A stretch of DNA of 64,000 nucleotides from Octopus sinensis. Its lineage: Eukaryota. A program made the translations under genes and the position numbers. The first letter of the stretch is position 1; the number at the start of each line of letters is the position of its first letter. Below, in pieces: positions 12,901 to 27,210 of this stretch. The stretch spans positions 154,876,001 through 154,940,000 of the forward strand of contig NC_042998.1 of the NCBI RefSeq assembly GCF_006345805.1, in the 5' to 3' direction. The notes under the pieces were generated by a model. The model was not told the origin of the DNA. It saw only the letters and a list, made by a program, of their open reading frames with translations, and made no database searches.

Positions 12901-13780
12901 TGCATGTGTTGCTTTGTGTTAACACCTGCAATTTGTCAATCATTTCTCCTACCAGCACCATTTCAATGTATAGCATCTGCTGCAGACAGAGAGATATGGT
13001 TGGGGAATCCAGTCACAAAAGCCAGCTTTACCATCCACTCCATCACTGCTCCCATAAACCCTGCAAGGCCTGCCAACCTAATGTCACTCACGAAGTTGTC
13101 AATCTGCTCACCAGTCTATCTCACTCTCCCAAGCTTATTATAGGCTTTAAAAGCCCCTCTGTGTACATGTCCTTCAATTTTTTCCACTATCTCCTGGTCT
13201 GCTTCATCCATCTCCAAGTATAGATTCATAGCACTAAGTACAGTGGCATGAGGTTAGCCACATCTTCTGTACCCTGCAGCTTTGCCACAAGTCTCACCTT
13301 TTTTATCCAGGCCACCACATCGCCTTCCGCAGTGAACAGTCTCAACACATTACTAACAATTCTGATTTTTGTGGTCACTGCATGTCAGAATGACAGAAGC
13401 ACAAAAAATGTGGAAGAACAACAGAAATAATAAATATATATATATATAATTCTTGGATGTATTTTCACAGCTGGTAATAATGTCCCAAAATAGCTTGTGG
13501 TTTAAAGGCATGAAATAAAGTTGCTCTTACCTCAAGTTGCAACCAAGGATGACCAGCCAAATCATTCAGGTGTAATCACATATTGACTACTGATCCCTCG
13601 CCAGTTAGGACCACTACACATGACTGCTAGCAGCACATGACTTGCCTCACCCGCAGACACCATAAGAAAGAGGCTGACTTAGATCTGTCAATCACTGACA
13701 TGACATCATCTTGTCTCCTTCTGGTCCCTTTGCGATATCTCTCTCCCTTCTGGTTAATTATCCTTCCACCACATAATCCT
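9925..13780 (-). mobile_element. Degenerate Ty3/Gypsy-like LTR retrotransposon
   Basis: Zinc-knuckle remnants near 12700-12810, RT YIDDILV (ORF 11562-11933), RNase H and integrase-like remnants; diverged direct repeat CATCATCTTGTC.CCTTC...AATTATCCTT.CACCACAT at ~9930-9990 and ~13703-13775. Confidence 0.75.
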
Positions 13781-14338
13781 TGAAAGCCCTTAGGTTTTCA
13801 GAGTGATACACATATATGGGCTTTCATTTCATATCACTAGTGGCATTTCCTCCCAAAAGAAATATCAGACAATTTTTGGAAACTTTAAATCCTGGTGATG
13901 ACTACTTCTTGAGAAATAAAAGTTCTAGCAGGCATGCACTTCCAGAAAAGTGCAGTTTCATCAACTTTGTACACTTACACTGATGTGTTGCCCCTTTCAA
14001 CTATCATTTTCTTCTACTGCTCAAGATAACTAGTAGCAGCCTCTATCAATGCTCACAGTTTCACCAGTCATTTTTATACTGTGCAAATTTGTGTGCTTCT
14101 TAAACATTTCAAATCAGCCTTTAATAACCAAAAAAGGTTTTTCATTAGAAATTCCACCTTCCTTTCTCTGCAAGTTGTTGTATAAACTTTTTTTTTAATT
14201 ACCAACATGTTTATTGGCACACTGCTCCGATTCCTTGGTCCATATACTCAAGAAATATTACTGTGAAAAATGAAGCCTGGACAGTTAATGGAATAACTTC
14301 TTCAGCACTTGACATAATTTTCTCTCTGTTGTCATGTA

Positions 14339-15558
14339 CGAGGGGTGTTCAATAAGTAATGCCCCTGACCCACTTCCCATAGCAGTAGAGCAACGAAACT
14401 TGGCACAGTTATTAGTCTTTTTCTACATAGGAACCACCCAGAGTTACGCATTTCTCCCATTGTTTGATTCAGCTCTGAAGACCGTTTTTGTAGAAGACCC
14501 CAGCTTGGTCCTTCAACCACGACGTGACTTCAGAAATCAAGGCTGCATCATCTGGGAAACGCTTTCCTTTCAAAAACAACTTCATGGCTGGGAAGAGGTG
14601 AAAATCAGAGGGTGCACTTCAGGAGATGGGGATGAGTTCATAGCCGCACGCCTGTGCTTCTGATCTAGCAACACGCGAGTTGTGGATTGGAGCGTTGTCC
14701 TGCAGGAGGAGGATGCCTTTGCTGATCTTGCCCCGCCTTATGATTTTGATAACTTCTCTTAATTTCCTCAAAAGTGAAGCATAATAGACTCCTGTAATTG
14801 TGGCACCCTTTGCCAAGAAATCTGTCATCACTACTCCGTCCTGGTCCCAGAAGACTGTGAGCATGACCTTGCCAGCGGAGGGCTGCACCCTTGCCTTCTT
14901 TGGAGGAGGTGAGTCACGGTGCTTCCACTGCATTGACTGGGCTTTGGTCTCTGGATCATAGTGATGGACCCAGGTTTCATCCTGTGTAATCAGCCTTTTG
15001 AAAAATTTTGACTCATCTTCTTGGCACATCTTCAAATTCATCCTCGCGCTATCGACGTGTTCTTGCTTCTGGAAAGGTGTGAGCAGCCTGGGAATCCATC
15101 TGGCAGACACCTTTTGCATATGCAAATGGTCATGAATGATAGTTTCCACAGACCCGGTACTAATCTTGACCTCATGGGCTATTTGGCGAATAGTTATGCG
15201 TCGATCTTCCAAAATGGCAGCCTCAACTTGACGGACAGATGCCTCATCAATGGCAGATCTGGGAGCTGTTTCCACAAAGTTCCGACCATGTTTGAATTCA
15301 CGATGCCAGCGTTTTACAAGGTCATATGATGGAGCATCATCACCATAAGTTACTTTTATTTCATCAAAAGTCTCCCGTGGTGTGCGTCCTTTCAAATACA
15401 AAAACCGCATCACTGCTCGACACTCAACAGGCTCCGTTTCACACTTGACTCAGTTCAAACACCTGTAAATCAGAAACCACAATTAGTTCAGAGCAAAATT
15501 TCAGCTAGATCAAACAACTGCAAGTGGGTCAGAGGCATTACTTATTGAACGCCCCTCG
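14339..15558 (-). mobile_element. Relatively young mariner element (irritans-like) with internal deletion
   Basis: Near-perfect TIRs CGAGGGG(T/C)GTTCAATAAGTAATGCC with TA flanks on both sides. Confidence 0.95.
14619..15413 (-). pseudogene. Mariner transposase ORF (264 aa) lacking the YSPDLAPSD motif
   Basis: WIPRLL, ITQDETWVHHYDPETK and LQDNAPIH are present; the frame ends before the third catalytic Asp. Confidence 0.88.
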
Positions 15559-15787
15559 TATCTCTGTAGATATTGCAAGATTTAATGTTTTGGTAATATA
15601 ACTTAATTTTTCTCCTGCATCAAGTCTTTTTAAAACATCAAGTTTAATATCCAGTGTCATCTTTTCATGGTTTCTCTTCACACTACTGCCTTCAGGTCTA
15701 TTTGACAGCTTCTTTCCAGACCTCTTGAATTAAAGGCAAATCCAACAGCAGTGGTAATTAATTATCCACAACAAATATGTTGTAAAA

Positions 15788-16098
15788 CAGAGCTTTTCAA
15801 ACTTTTTGGGCCACTGTCCTCCCTCATGGCCACATAATACCCTCAGTGCCCCTACTCCTATTTTTATGTATAAATAAATATTTTATATTTCACTAATTTA
15901 TATATACTATGAATCATTAGATATTTAATATAATATTATATAATTTGTATATAATACTATAATAATTTTATAATAAATTCATAGCATCCCCCAATCCACT
16001 GCCTTCCTCCCAATGCCTCCCTTGTCTCTACTGCCCCCACCTCCACAGGCAACAGCACCAACCTGGACTGTCTCAACGCCCACTTTGAGAACCTATTT
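15788..16098. mobile_element. Putative hAT-like MITE
   Basis: Diverged termini CAGAGCTTTTCAAAC ... CACTTTGAGAACCTATT. Confidence 0.4.
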
Positions 16099-16679
16099 TG
16101 TAAAACAACTGGCCCAGGAAAGATCTGATTTGTAAGAGTAGAAAATTGTCGTACAATAATTGATGCAATAATGAAAATGAGATGGAAAGGTGAAGGACTG
16201 ACAATTACTGTTAGCTGAAGGAAATCAGATTTTATAGGCAATTTGTCCTTTGCACTTCAGACTTAAGACATAAATACACACACTCTCTCTCACAGACACA
16301 TAGACACTCACATTCATGCATACACATGTGCTGGTATACATGCTGATAACTGTTGTAGTCAGTTGGATTCAAAAGTTGGTTGGTTGATAGTGGTAATGAT
16401 GTGGGTTGCATTGGTTTAGATGTCAGTGATAGTTGGTGGGTATTGCTGGTGTTGCTAATAGTATTGTTATAGCTGTTTAGTCTCATGTCAATCCTCATAG
16501 ACCTAAGATCAAAAACCTTTCATTCGACTTTTAAAATACACTAGAATACCACATATATTTTTATTTGAAATGGATTTGCTTATCTACTTCATACTGTACT
16601 GTTGCTCTGGTAGTTGTGTTTGTGTTAATGATAGAAATACACACATGTTCACATATATATGTGTGTATGTGTGTGTATA

Positions 16680-16888
16680 CTGGGTAGGCCAAAAGTCACA
16701 CACCAAAACATTTGACATTTTATTTATATTACTTTATTATTATTATTGTTCATCTTGTTCACTATGTACAAGAATGTGTGTATTCATTATTTTATTTATT
16801 TTATTCAATTTAAAAAAAACTGAAGCATGTCTTTGACAATTCCAGAGTGCACTGAACTTATTTTGTGCATAACTTTTGGCCCATACTG
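16680..16888. mobile_element. Tc1-like MITE (~210 bp)
   Basis: GGCCAAAAGTCACAC / GTGCATAACTTTTGGCC inverted ends with TA flanks. Confidence 0.65.
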
Positions 16889-17899
16889 TATATATACACT
16901 CACATTATATACATTATACATACATGTGTGTATGTTGGTCAGTGAGCTAAGAAGAAAATGTAGCTTTAAGTTGTTAACAATTTAAAACTATGCAATATGA
17001 GTTTCTGTAAGGCTGGATCCTGAAATTAATGGTCATACTTTAAAATTTCTGTAAGTGTAAAATTCTGTAACCTAAGGTAGCTGTAATTCTGGGAATGCCT
17101 GCAGATTATTGTATTTAGTATGGTCCATTCACACAGCTTGCAGCAAAAACATCCCACATTTTGCTGGTTGACTAAACCTCTGAGGTAAAATGTTATTCAA
17201 AAAATATTTTAATAATGTTAATGTGAAGGGATATATTTTTTTTTCACTTGGTTTTGAAAATATCTTCCCACTTTTATAGTTGATTTCTGAAGTTTCCCAC
17301 CACTTGACAAGTCATTTTCAGTGGTATTTCTGAAATTGTCTGGTAGTTGTTGGTCAATGTTTGTAAACCTCAGCTTTCAGATAATCCTAGAGAAACTATT
17401 ACAGGGGTGATGTAAGATAAGCATGTAAGCCCTCCAAGGTTACCACATATGGAGATCAAGTGTCCTGGAAATAGTTCTCTCAAATTTCCATTGGTTTTCT
17501 TACTTTATAAGCAGTGGCTCCATCCTTTTGAAACTATACATCTAAATTTCCAAGGCCTGTGAGTTTGGGCTCCAGAAAGTTCCATAACACTGCAACATAC
17601 TGATCAGATATTACTGTAACTATTTGGCCTCCATCCTCAAAAATGTGAGGGCCCCAAATAACAAAATTTGCAACAGCATTACTGGATACTGTTTATTAGA
17701 ATAAATGCTACATTTAGTTAGAGAGGGATGTAGTAAAGAAATGAAGGTTTGAGTTATACTTAGAGCAAACCTTAGTTCTATAATTAGCAGTGAAATAATT
17801 GTTATCCTTAAAAATAAATATGTTTTGGTGTGAATTTTGCTAAGAGAATTATTAGAATTAGCTATACTACAGGTGGTATGTGGAGTGACTTGCTCCAAC

Positions 17900-18375
17900 T
17901 TCTTTTTGAGCCTAGTTCTCTGTGGGACAAAACCTGTTGTAGTTCAGGTTTCTGCCACTAGAAGCCACTTGATGTGACCCTCAGGCATCAGTCTGCCAAC
18001 TGTCATTGTCCAGTGGGATCATATTGTCATGTGGTACATCTTTGTTTTGCAGTGCTTCACCCGTCTGTTGATTTTTGCGATGGCTGAAACAAAGGAACAG
18101 TGTGCTTCCATGAAATTCTGTTTTCTGCTGGGGAAAACAGTGACCAAAACAGAAGTTTATAAGTGGTTTCCACACTTTAGGAATAGTCACTTGTTGCTTG
18201 AAGATCAACCTAAATCAGGAGGACTGTTAACCTCCTGAACAAATGAAAACATCACAAAAATTCATGAACTGATCTTGGAGGACTGGTGTGACCTGGAACT
18301 CCTGCCAATAAATTTCGAGCAAGTGATTGCTCAAAAAAAAAGTTGCAGCATAATTTGTGCCCCACTTGCTCCATC
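17900..18375 (+). mobile_element. Mariner 5' fragment, same family as 28232-29073
   Basis: MAETKEQCASMKFCFLLGKT...VYKWF.HFRN.HL.LEDQP.SG. Confidence 0.8.
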
Positions 18376-19529
18376 TGACCATGCCCACCCTAAGAAATTA
18401 GATAATGTGAGTAAACACATAGCTCTTCTACAGCAAGAAACCTTTTTGTTCTGAATCCTTCTCTCACACTTTAACCCCTCACCTTCTACCATGAAGCTGT
18501 CACTCAAAGAGGGGTTTAGTCTTGCAAGCAATGTGGTACCTTCACTAGTGTTAGCACCATGATATAAAGCACTCAGCATGCTGTGAAGTAAATGTTTGGC
18601 ATGAGGAAGGCATTCCAACCATAAAAACCAGACTAAAACAGACATTAGAGTATGATGTAGTCTTTGGATGCATTGACTACTGTCAACCTATGCCAGCATG
18701 GAACACTGATATTAAATGATGATGATAAGATGCTGCTGAAATATATGCTGTACACACACACACACACACACACACATACACTGATACACACACACACACA
18801 TACATACACACAAATAATAAAAGATAAATATATATATATAAAAAATAGTAATTGTAAGAACACAGAAATGAATGAATAAAAGCAAGATAAGAGAAAGATA
18901 TAAAAATAAGAGTAAAAAATGATGAGGATAAAGATAAAACAAAAAAAAAACAAGAGTAACACAAATTAAAAAAATAGAAGAGACAAATAGAGATAATAGG
19001 CTATTAAATTACAGATAAAGCTAGGTCACAAGTCATAAACTCAGCAGAGCAAGAACTAGTGGGTTGCAATAATATTAAAGTAATTAGAGATAGTCTGAGA
19101 GACATGAATATGTTAGCTGGGAGTCTTAGACAAGTGACTTTATGATACACATTAAGATCTGTAGTGACATACATGACCATGATGGAACTGTATCAACCAA
19201 CGTACAGATACACCAGAAGAAAAAAAAGTACAACCTAAAACTTAAAACTTATGAAAGGACTCCAATTATATTGATACCTTATTGCATATATAGAACTTGT
19301 GCCGATACCTGTGGTGTAAAAAATTCTGTCACACTGTGGAAAGGGGATGGTAAAAGTGTATGATAGAGAGAGGGGAGAAGAGGGAGAGAGAAAGGGAAGG
19401 AGAGAGAGAGAGGGAGAGATTCAAACGAATGCTACATACATGTGCATGCACACATACACAAATTTCATTAGTGCACACATCCACATACAGACAATAATTA
19501 GCTGTGTGACTGTGTGTTTGTGCATTCAT

Positions 19530-21084
19530 CACTCAGGACGAAGTCGAACGCATTATTCAAGGCCTCTATGTCAACAAGGGTCACAGCCCTGACGGCATAC
19601 ACCCACAGGTTATCAAAGCGTTGGCTCCGGTCATCTGTGAACCTTTAACACTTCTATTCAATATGTCATTGGCGATGGGTGTTATACCTGCAGACTGGAG
19701 AACAGCGATAATCTGCCCAATTTTCAAGAAAGGGACCTGCGAAGATCCACTTAACTACTAACTTCGAAACCATCCTTAAGAAAAGTATGTTGCTCCACCT
19801 CCAAAACACAGCCTCTATCTCTGATTCCCAACACGGCTTCGTGCCGGAGAGATCATGTTTGACCAACTTACTGGTAATGGAAGGATTGGTGACGCGTATC
19901 CTGGATGATGGTGATGCTGTTGACATCGTTTTATTGGACTTTGCTAAAGCTTTTGACTCGGTTAACCACCGCCTATTACTTGTCAAGCTTCAAGCATATA
20001 GTTTCCATCCGGATATTGTATGATGGGTTGGTGCCTTCCTCTCAGATCGCTCCTTCCAAGTCCAAGTTAATGGTTCGCTGTCCGACGTCTCCAGTGCGAG
20101 CAGTGGCATGCCTCAAGGTTCAGTGCTTGGGCTCTTATTGTTTTTAGTCTTCATAAATGACTTGCCCAACAACCTCACGCAACACACCCTTCTATTTGCC
20201 GATGATGTCAAACTGGTTGCTCCTCGCGGTGATATAAATGATCTTTGTCGATGCCGCCACCAAGTTTGGAGATGGTCTAACGAATGGGACCTGTGTCTGA
20301 ACGTGTCAAAGTGCTGTTATCTGCCTGTTGGCTCTTCTCCTGCAACTCAACTTGATTTTGAGCTGGGTCGTCTGCTGCTGGAGAGGACCGACCAGGTAAA
20401 GGACCTGGGTATCTTGGTGGATTCTTCATTTTCGCCTTCGGCTCAGTGTGTCCATGCTGCCAACAAAGCATGCGGAGTACTGTTTTTCATTCGACGGTCA
20501 TTCGGAATGCTCACAGCAGCCATATTCCTACCGCTCTATGTCACACTGGTGAGACCCATATTGGAGTACGGGATTCAAGCCTCTTCTCCTTATCTCCTCA
20601 AAGACATACATCATCTCAAAAGAGTCCAGAAGCTGGCTACCCGCATGGTTCTTGGTCTCAAGCATTTGTCTTATTAAGAAAGGCTGAAGACGCTCGACCT
20701 TTATTCTCTAGAAAAACGATGACGCCGTGGTGATCTCATTCTTGCTCACAACATCATAAGCGGAAAGTGTAACCTCTCGAAAGAGCCGTTCTTCACTCCT
20801 GCTCCAGAGCGTCGGCTGCGGGGTCACTCCGAAAAGCTCTATCTGCAACGATTTCATCTCAATTGAAGGAGAGGGGCTTTCCCCGTCCGGGTTGCGGATC
20901 CGTGGAATAAGCTGCTGGATGAGATAGTGAAGATGCTGACGACCGCTCGGTTCAAAGTCTCTCTTGACCAGAAATGGCCTGAACTCTTTGCATGAACACC
21001 CTCCCTGTACATAACTCTATGTCCCCCTACATGGCCTTGCTTTTTGCTTTTTGAGCCAAAAAATTAACTTAACTTAACTTAACT
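19530..21084 (+). mobile_element. 5'-truncated CR1/L2-group LINE with (AACTT)n tail
   Basis: QHGFVPERSCLTNL, LDFAKAFDSVNH, PQGSVLG.LLF, LFADDVK, KDLG and VRPILEY motifs; few stops; tail TAACTTAACTTAACTTAACT. Confidence 0.92.
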
Positions 21085-21954
21085 ATGTTAGCATTCATAT
21101 GTTTGTTTGACTTTTTCTCTCTCTCTCTCTCTCTCTTACTATCAACCAGACAATTTAACAAGAGCAAAACATTGTCATGAAGACTGAACAAAAATCCATC
21201 CATCTATCTATTCTATTATCCATATATTGGTTTCCAATTTTGGCAAAGGAGCAAATTGATTTCATCAACTCCAGTGCTCAAATGATACTTATTTTATTGA
21301 CCCCAAAAGGATAAAAACAAAGACTGATCTCAGTAGAATTGAAAACAATAGCATACCACTGATTCTGCTAGCTTGCTGCCTTCAATTGTCAATATATCAA
21401 TAACTGTGTTCCTAACTTTCTTTGTAAAATGTGTGTAATGGTATACTCAACTACCTATAAATAACTATGTTCTAAAATTTTTCAATAAAAAGTATGACAG
21501 TATATCCTAGATATGGATTTTTCCAACTACCTATATATGTTAATAACCATGTTCTTAACTTCCTTTGAAAAATATGTATAATGGTATACCACAGAATGGG
21601 TGTTAGTAACTATATAATATCAAATGTTTCTTAACTTAATTGTTTTACCAAAATAGCATTTGGTGTGTTATGGCAAACAATGACCATAAAGCATGACAGT
21701 AAGAATTGAATTGAGAGGGGCAGAGAATATACAGGGAAAACTTGGGGAAAGAGCAAAGAAGAAATAAGAAACTGGAATAAAGATAAGAGAATTAGCAATG
21801 ATGCAAAGCTTTAATTCAGGAGGAGAGAAGGCATTAATTCAAGATGAGAGGAATAAATTAATACAAGTAATGGAGTTAGAAGGTGTCATATAATGAACAG
21901 CAAAGTTGAAGCTAATAAGGAAAGAATGAGAATTGTTAATCAAACAAAATATCA

Positions 21955-23520
21955 CAGTACAAGTTTAATTTGTTCCATGACTGAGCTTGTTTTACAAATC
22001 AATTGAAATTAATTAAAACGTAATCAATCCATCCCAGCAGCACCAAGCTACCCCAAAATCATTTTCTATGGATTTTAAAACAGCAAAGGTGCAGTTACAG
22101 GGAAAGTGACAATTATAAAAACATAATTAAAGAGAATGCAAAAGAAATATGTAAACTGGTTTCATTAATTTAATTACCTTAAAGATGGGATGATTTGTGC
22201 ATGAGGAAGACAATAGAGCAGAGAGAAGGATTATTATTTAAAGGAGACCCTCCTTTCATTAAGACTTTCATTAACGATTTCTGGTATTTTCTCTCTCACT
22301 TCATTTACTTTAGGCTTTTTGAACAGACTTTCTTCACTTTTCACACTTGCATGGCATTTCCTTAGAAACATATCAAGAGAAATCTGCTTTCTCCTGCCTT
22401 TCAAAATGTTACGGAAATGTACCAGAGCAGTGTTATTAAATAAAGCAGCTGCACGACCTGTAGATATTTTTCCAGGATGATTTTTTTCTACAAATTCAGG
22501 AACATACTGCCACTTTGCCAATACTGACTTTAGTCACTCATAGAGATAACCTTCTCCATTACAATGTCCTCCTCCAGGGAACCAATCTCTTCCACTGCAA
22601 CTGAATGCCGCTACTCTTGAAACTGCAGTTCATCTATCATCAGCTCCTCTGAGTGTTTCTTGATGAGATCGTTAATGTCCCCATCGTCAAACTCAAGGCC
22701 CATGGACTTACCAAGAGATACTATTTCCTCAACTACAAGTGTCTCAGACTCAAACCCCTTGAAGTCTCTTTTGGATACGCAGTCAGGCCACAGCTTCCAC
22801 CATGCAAAATTCAGCATTCTCCTTATTACACCCTGCCTGGCCATATTGATGATTTTCAGGCAGTTAACAATGTTGTAGTGCTCCTTGGTGACTTCAAAGC
22901 ACTGACAAAACAGGTGTTTGGTGTATAATTTCTTAAAATTAGAAATTACCTGTTGGTCTATGGGCTGCAGGATAGGGGTGGTGTTGCATGAAAGGTACAG
23001 AACTTTTATGAATTTAAGTTCAGTCAGAGTATCATCTTTGAGGTTAGGAGGGTGAGCAGGAGCATTGTCAAAGACAAGGAGGGCCTTGAGAGGAAGATTG
23101 TTCTCTAGAAGGTACTTTTTCATTGCTGGCCTGAAGACAAAGTTGACCCACTCAGTGAAGAATTGCCTGGTGACCCAGGTCTTAATGTTTGCCCTCCACA
23201 TGACCTGCAGCTTCTCTTTCAGGATTTCGTGTGAGTTGAACATTCATGGGTTTTGGGAATGGTAGACAAGGTGCAGTTTAGTCCTCCAATCTCCACTCAC
23301 ATTAGCACAAAGGGTGGGAGTTAGCTTATCTTTCATAGGCTTGTGGCCTGGTATTTTCTTCTCTGTAGTTATGTAGGTTCTTCTGAGCATTTTTTTTTCC
23401 AAAATAGGTTAGTTTCATCACAGTTGAATACTTGTTGTGTAATGTATCCCTTGACTGTGGTGAGCTGATGAAATTCATGCACAAAATCCTCAGCTGCCTT
23501 TGTGTCAGAACTCACTGCTT
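21955..23520 (-). mobile_element. Tigger/pogo DDE transposon relic
   Basis: FNCDET.L, KPMKDKLT, WVTRQFFTEW, LLVFDNAPAHP, NTTPILQPIDQQVISNFK. Confidence 0.88.
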
Positions 23521-23584
23521 CTCCACTATGAACACTGGCCCTCTTCTTGAAATTATCAAACCAGCTGCAACAAAAATTATCAAA

Positions 23585-23850
23585 CCAGCTCTCATGCAGC
23601 CCCTATAGACCCTTCTTTTCATCTTCAATGACAACCTTTTACCATATAACAACACTCCACATTCTCTGAACTTCACCCAGCTAAGTCTTGCTCTTGCAGT
23701 CACAGCTGCTTCACATCCTCCACTTACATCCAACCTATCTCCCAAATAACAAAATCTTCTCACTGTTTCCACCTCATCACATAACATTTACACTGGTTCC
23801 ACCAGCCCTCCAGCTCCTATCTCACATTTTCCACAAACAAACTCTCTTGC
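23585..23850 (-). mobile_element. RTE LINE fragment
   Basis: FCYLGDRL..SGGCEAAVTAR...WVKFRE. Confidence 0.75.
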
Positions 23851-24348
23851 CAGTTGAATAGTTAGTTGTTCAGGATTTGACATATTTTATATCATGTACA
23901 TAAAACTGAAGATATGTTTGTGTATGTGTGTCTGTGTGTGTGTGTGTGTAAATCCACAGAACTTCTGAAGTTTGCAACTGATTGGGAACATACATTACTT
24001 ATGTTCCAAAGATGGTTCTAAACTCTTAAAATTTTTCACATAATGAGTAATGGGGCCCCTGGGAGTAGAAAACTCCCCTTTCCTGGGGGTACATATGATT
24101 GCTCGCATGGTCCACACCTTGCTTCTGTTCAAACTGGGAAAAACAGCTACTGAAATGATATAAGTAGGTTGTATTAAATGGATTAACCAATGTAGACTTC
24201 AAACTGCATTGTCTACGTGGTAGCAATAACAGCCTGTTCCCATAGTACCATACGTTCAATTTGTTGGGATGAAAACTGCTTGGAATGCACTATGTTTATT
24301 ATGAAAAATATGCTAAAACATGTTAAATCCTGAACAACTATTCAACTA
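23851..24348. mobile_element. MITE with ~30 bp terminal inverted repeats
   Basis: AGTTGAATAGTT(AGTT)GTTCAGGATTTGACAT versus ATGTTAAATCCTGAACAACTATTCAACT. Confidence 0.7.
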
Positions 24349-25399
24349 TTTTCTTTTAGCTTCAGTATCAAAGTCTTCCTTCTAAGCATAGATGAAGCCC
24401 ATATAAATATTTTTCAGCCATTGATTACAAACTAAAATATCGCATGTACATTAATCTACTAATTTATGATGTCTAAGACCCAATCACATTAGTTAGAGAC
24501 TGTGTCCTTAATATAACCGCACATGCCCAGATACTGCATGCAAGCTTCTTACCACACAACCACACTATATATATATCATCATTATCATCATTGTTTAACA
24601 TCCATCTTCCATGCATGCATGGGTAGGATGGTTCACAGGAGCTGGCCAGGTAGAAAATCTACCTTATGCTACTGTGTCTGTTTTGGCAGGGGTTTTAAGG
24701 CCTTTTAAAACCCCAACCACTCTGCAGAGTGAACTCAGTGCTTTTTATGTGACACTAGCACAAGTGCAGTTAGTTTGCCAACCACTTTACAGTGTGGACT
24801 GGATACTTTTTACATGGCACCAGCACCAGCAGGGTCACTAAGTAACTTGCAAGACAAGGAATTATGAGAGGGGCAGGGGCATTTGAGGAGGGGAACTCAA
24901 GTCAGAGGATGAAAGATTAAAAGGGCCGAAGGTGTCTTGCTATAACAGAGGTGGCAATGGAGGAGGTGATCCAGTATCAGAAGATGAAAGGTTAGGGTGT
25001 GACAGAGAATTAGGGAGGCAGAAATAGGTGCCTTGCTATAGAGGAGGTACATGGTTACCCAGAGAGAGAGATAGGGGGAGAAAAAGAGAGAGAGAGACCA
25101 AGAATCAGGACTAAAATAGGTGTGCTGCTGTAGAGGAGATATGTGGTTACCCAGCCAGAGGGAAAGAGAGAGTAGGAAACAGCAAAAATGTGAGAACAGG
25201 AGAGAGATGGTGAAGTGCCAAGGTATACTGACAAGTAACAAGGATCAGAACATAGATGTAAAGAAAAGATGTAAAAATGTGGTCAGGTGTTGCCAAGAAG
25301 GTGCAAGTAGGGAGTGAGGATTGTAGTGACTGGTGAAAACCTGGGTGGAGGGCAAGAAAGGGGATTGGAAGACAATCATAATTTATGAAGAGGAAATGT

Positions 25400-27039
25400 G
25401 AGGAAAAGAAAGATGTTGTTTAGAAGGGGAGTTGTAGTTCGGTTTTTGGGGGTAGGATGTGTGAAAAGTTTGTTGTTATATGTGGGTGAGACACAACACT
25501 TCTAACACTCAGTTTCGCTGATGTGGGTGGGACTTCTCAAGAACCTCATATCACCAAACATCTTGGTCCATTGTCATTTCCTTTGTAAGCTCCAACATCC
25601 TAAGATCAGTTCTCACCATTTCATCCAATGTCTTCCTGGGTCTCCCTCTTCCACAGGTACCATCCACTTTCAGTGACAGACACTTCTTTATACAGCTGTC
25701 TTCACACATATACATCACATGTCCAAACCAATGCATTCTCCTCTCTTGTATGCCACATTTAATCCCTCTTATGCCTAATTTTTCTCTCAACACAGTTGTG
25801 CTTTGTCAGTCATGCACACTCATGTTGCAAATTCAACAGCGTGTACTACCTTCATTCCTCTCCAGTCTACACATGTCCTCTGCAGTCATAGTTCATGTCT
25901 CACTACCATCTAATATAGCTTCTCACACACAGACATCATACAATCTGCCTTTCACTCTGAGAGAGAGTGCTCTTGCTACCAACAGAGGTAGTAGCTCTCT
26001 GAACTTCCTCCATCCTATTCTTATTCTAGAAACAATATTTTCAGAAAATCCACCACCTTTACTAATTTGGTCACCTAAATAGCAGAAACTAACTACTAAC
26101 CTCAATACAGCCTCCTTGGAATTTGAGAGAGTCTAAGTCCTGTGTGCACTTAGTTCTTATTGTTCCAGTGCATCTGTGACCTTACCTGTTAACCTATCTA
26201 TGATTCCAATGCATAAGTAATGCATCCATAGCTTACACTTGGTGCAGCAAATGGAATTATGTCCCACTCCTTTCCTACATATTAAGCAGGGCCATTTATC
26301 TGATGGAAGGAGAGTTTTATTCATTTTCTTGCTAACAACAACTTTAGTCATTGCTAAGTTAACTTTAAGGTTTTGCTTCCAGACCCAGAATCTCTCCAAT
26401 TCTGCTTCAGATTCCCCAATAAGAGCAAGATCATCAACATATAATAATTCCCATGGGCATCCAGTTTTGAATTCCTCTGTTATGGCCTGGAGAACTATGA
26501 TGAATAAAAGTGGACTAAGAACTGATCAATGGTGAACTCCAACATGTACACTAAATTCATCACTGTATTCAAGGCCGACTCTCACCTTACTGACAGCATC
26601 ATTGTGCGTGGCTTGAACAGTTTTAACAAGCCACTCCTCTACTCCTAGCTTCCTTAGAGACCACCAGATAAGAGAGCAGGGAACCCTGTCAAAAGCTTTC
26701 TCCAGGTCGACGAAGGCTAAGTACAAGTTTACTTTAGGCCAAATACTTTTCTTGAAACTGTCTCACTATGAAGATGGCATCTGTGATATTTCTCCCTGGA
26801 ACAAAACCAAACTGCATCTCATGTAGCTTAATTCTATCCCTAATCAGTTGAGATGCAACACTCAGTAATTTTCATGAACTGGTCCAGCAGCTTGATACCT
26901 CTGTAGTTGTTTCTAAGGCATCACCTTTACCCTTGTAACAGCTAACAACAATAGTGCTACACCACTCTTTGGGGATGACACCTTCTTGAATAACAATAAC
27001 CTGATTAACTATGTGAGTGACAGGCTGTATACCACACTG

Positions 27040-27042
<3 letters not shown>
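25400..27042 (-). mobile_element. Degenerate RTE LINE, same family as 242-996
   Basis: LAFVDLEKAFDRV, GVHH, WPCLICRKGVG, FCYLGD and RRMHWFGHV motifs across frameshifted ORFs. Confidence 0.9.
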
Positions 27043-27086
<44 letters not shown>

Positions 27087-27126
27087 CATACATATATATA
27101 ACAAATAACAAAAAAAGGAATTGTGG

Positions 27127-27210
27127 TTCACTACAGCTGTTTCAGACATGTTTTTATTGATGAACAGAAGTGTTACAACATGCAAAAACAACTCATTTTC
27201 ATTGGGTGAA
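27127..27210 (-). ncRNA. Degenerate hammerhead ribozyme motif in a (TA)n-flanked Penelope-like end
   Basis: Minus strand TTCAC-CCAATGA-[long stem II]-GAAA-CAGCTG-TA-GTGAA; core G5 is mutated to A. Confidence 0.55.

Larger units (their letters stand above)
13800..15725 (-). mobile_element. Tigger/pogo (CENP-B-like) transposase 5' relic, split by the mariner at 14339-15558
   Basis: [24 protein letters not shown] at ~15610-15680; LSIW and GY.G.FEMFK remnants at ~14100-14250. Confidence 0.55.
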
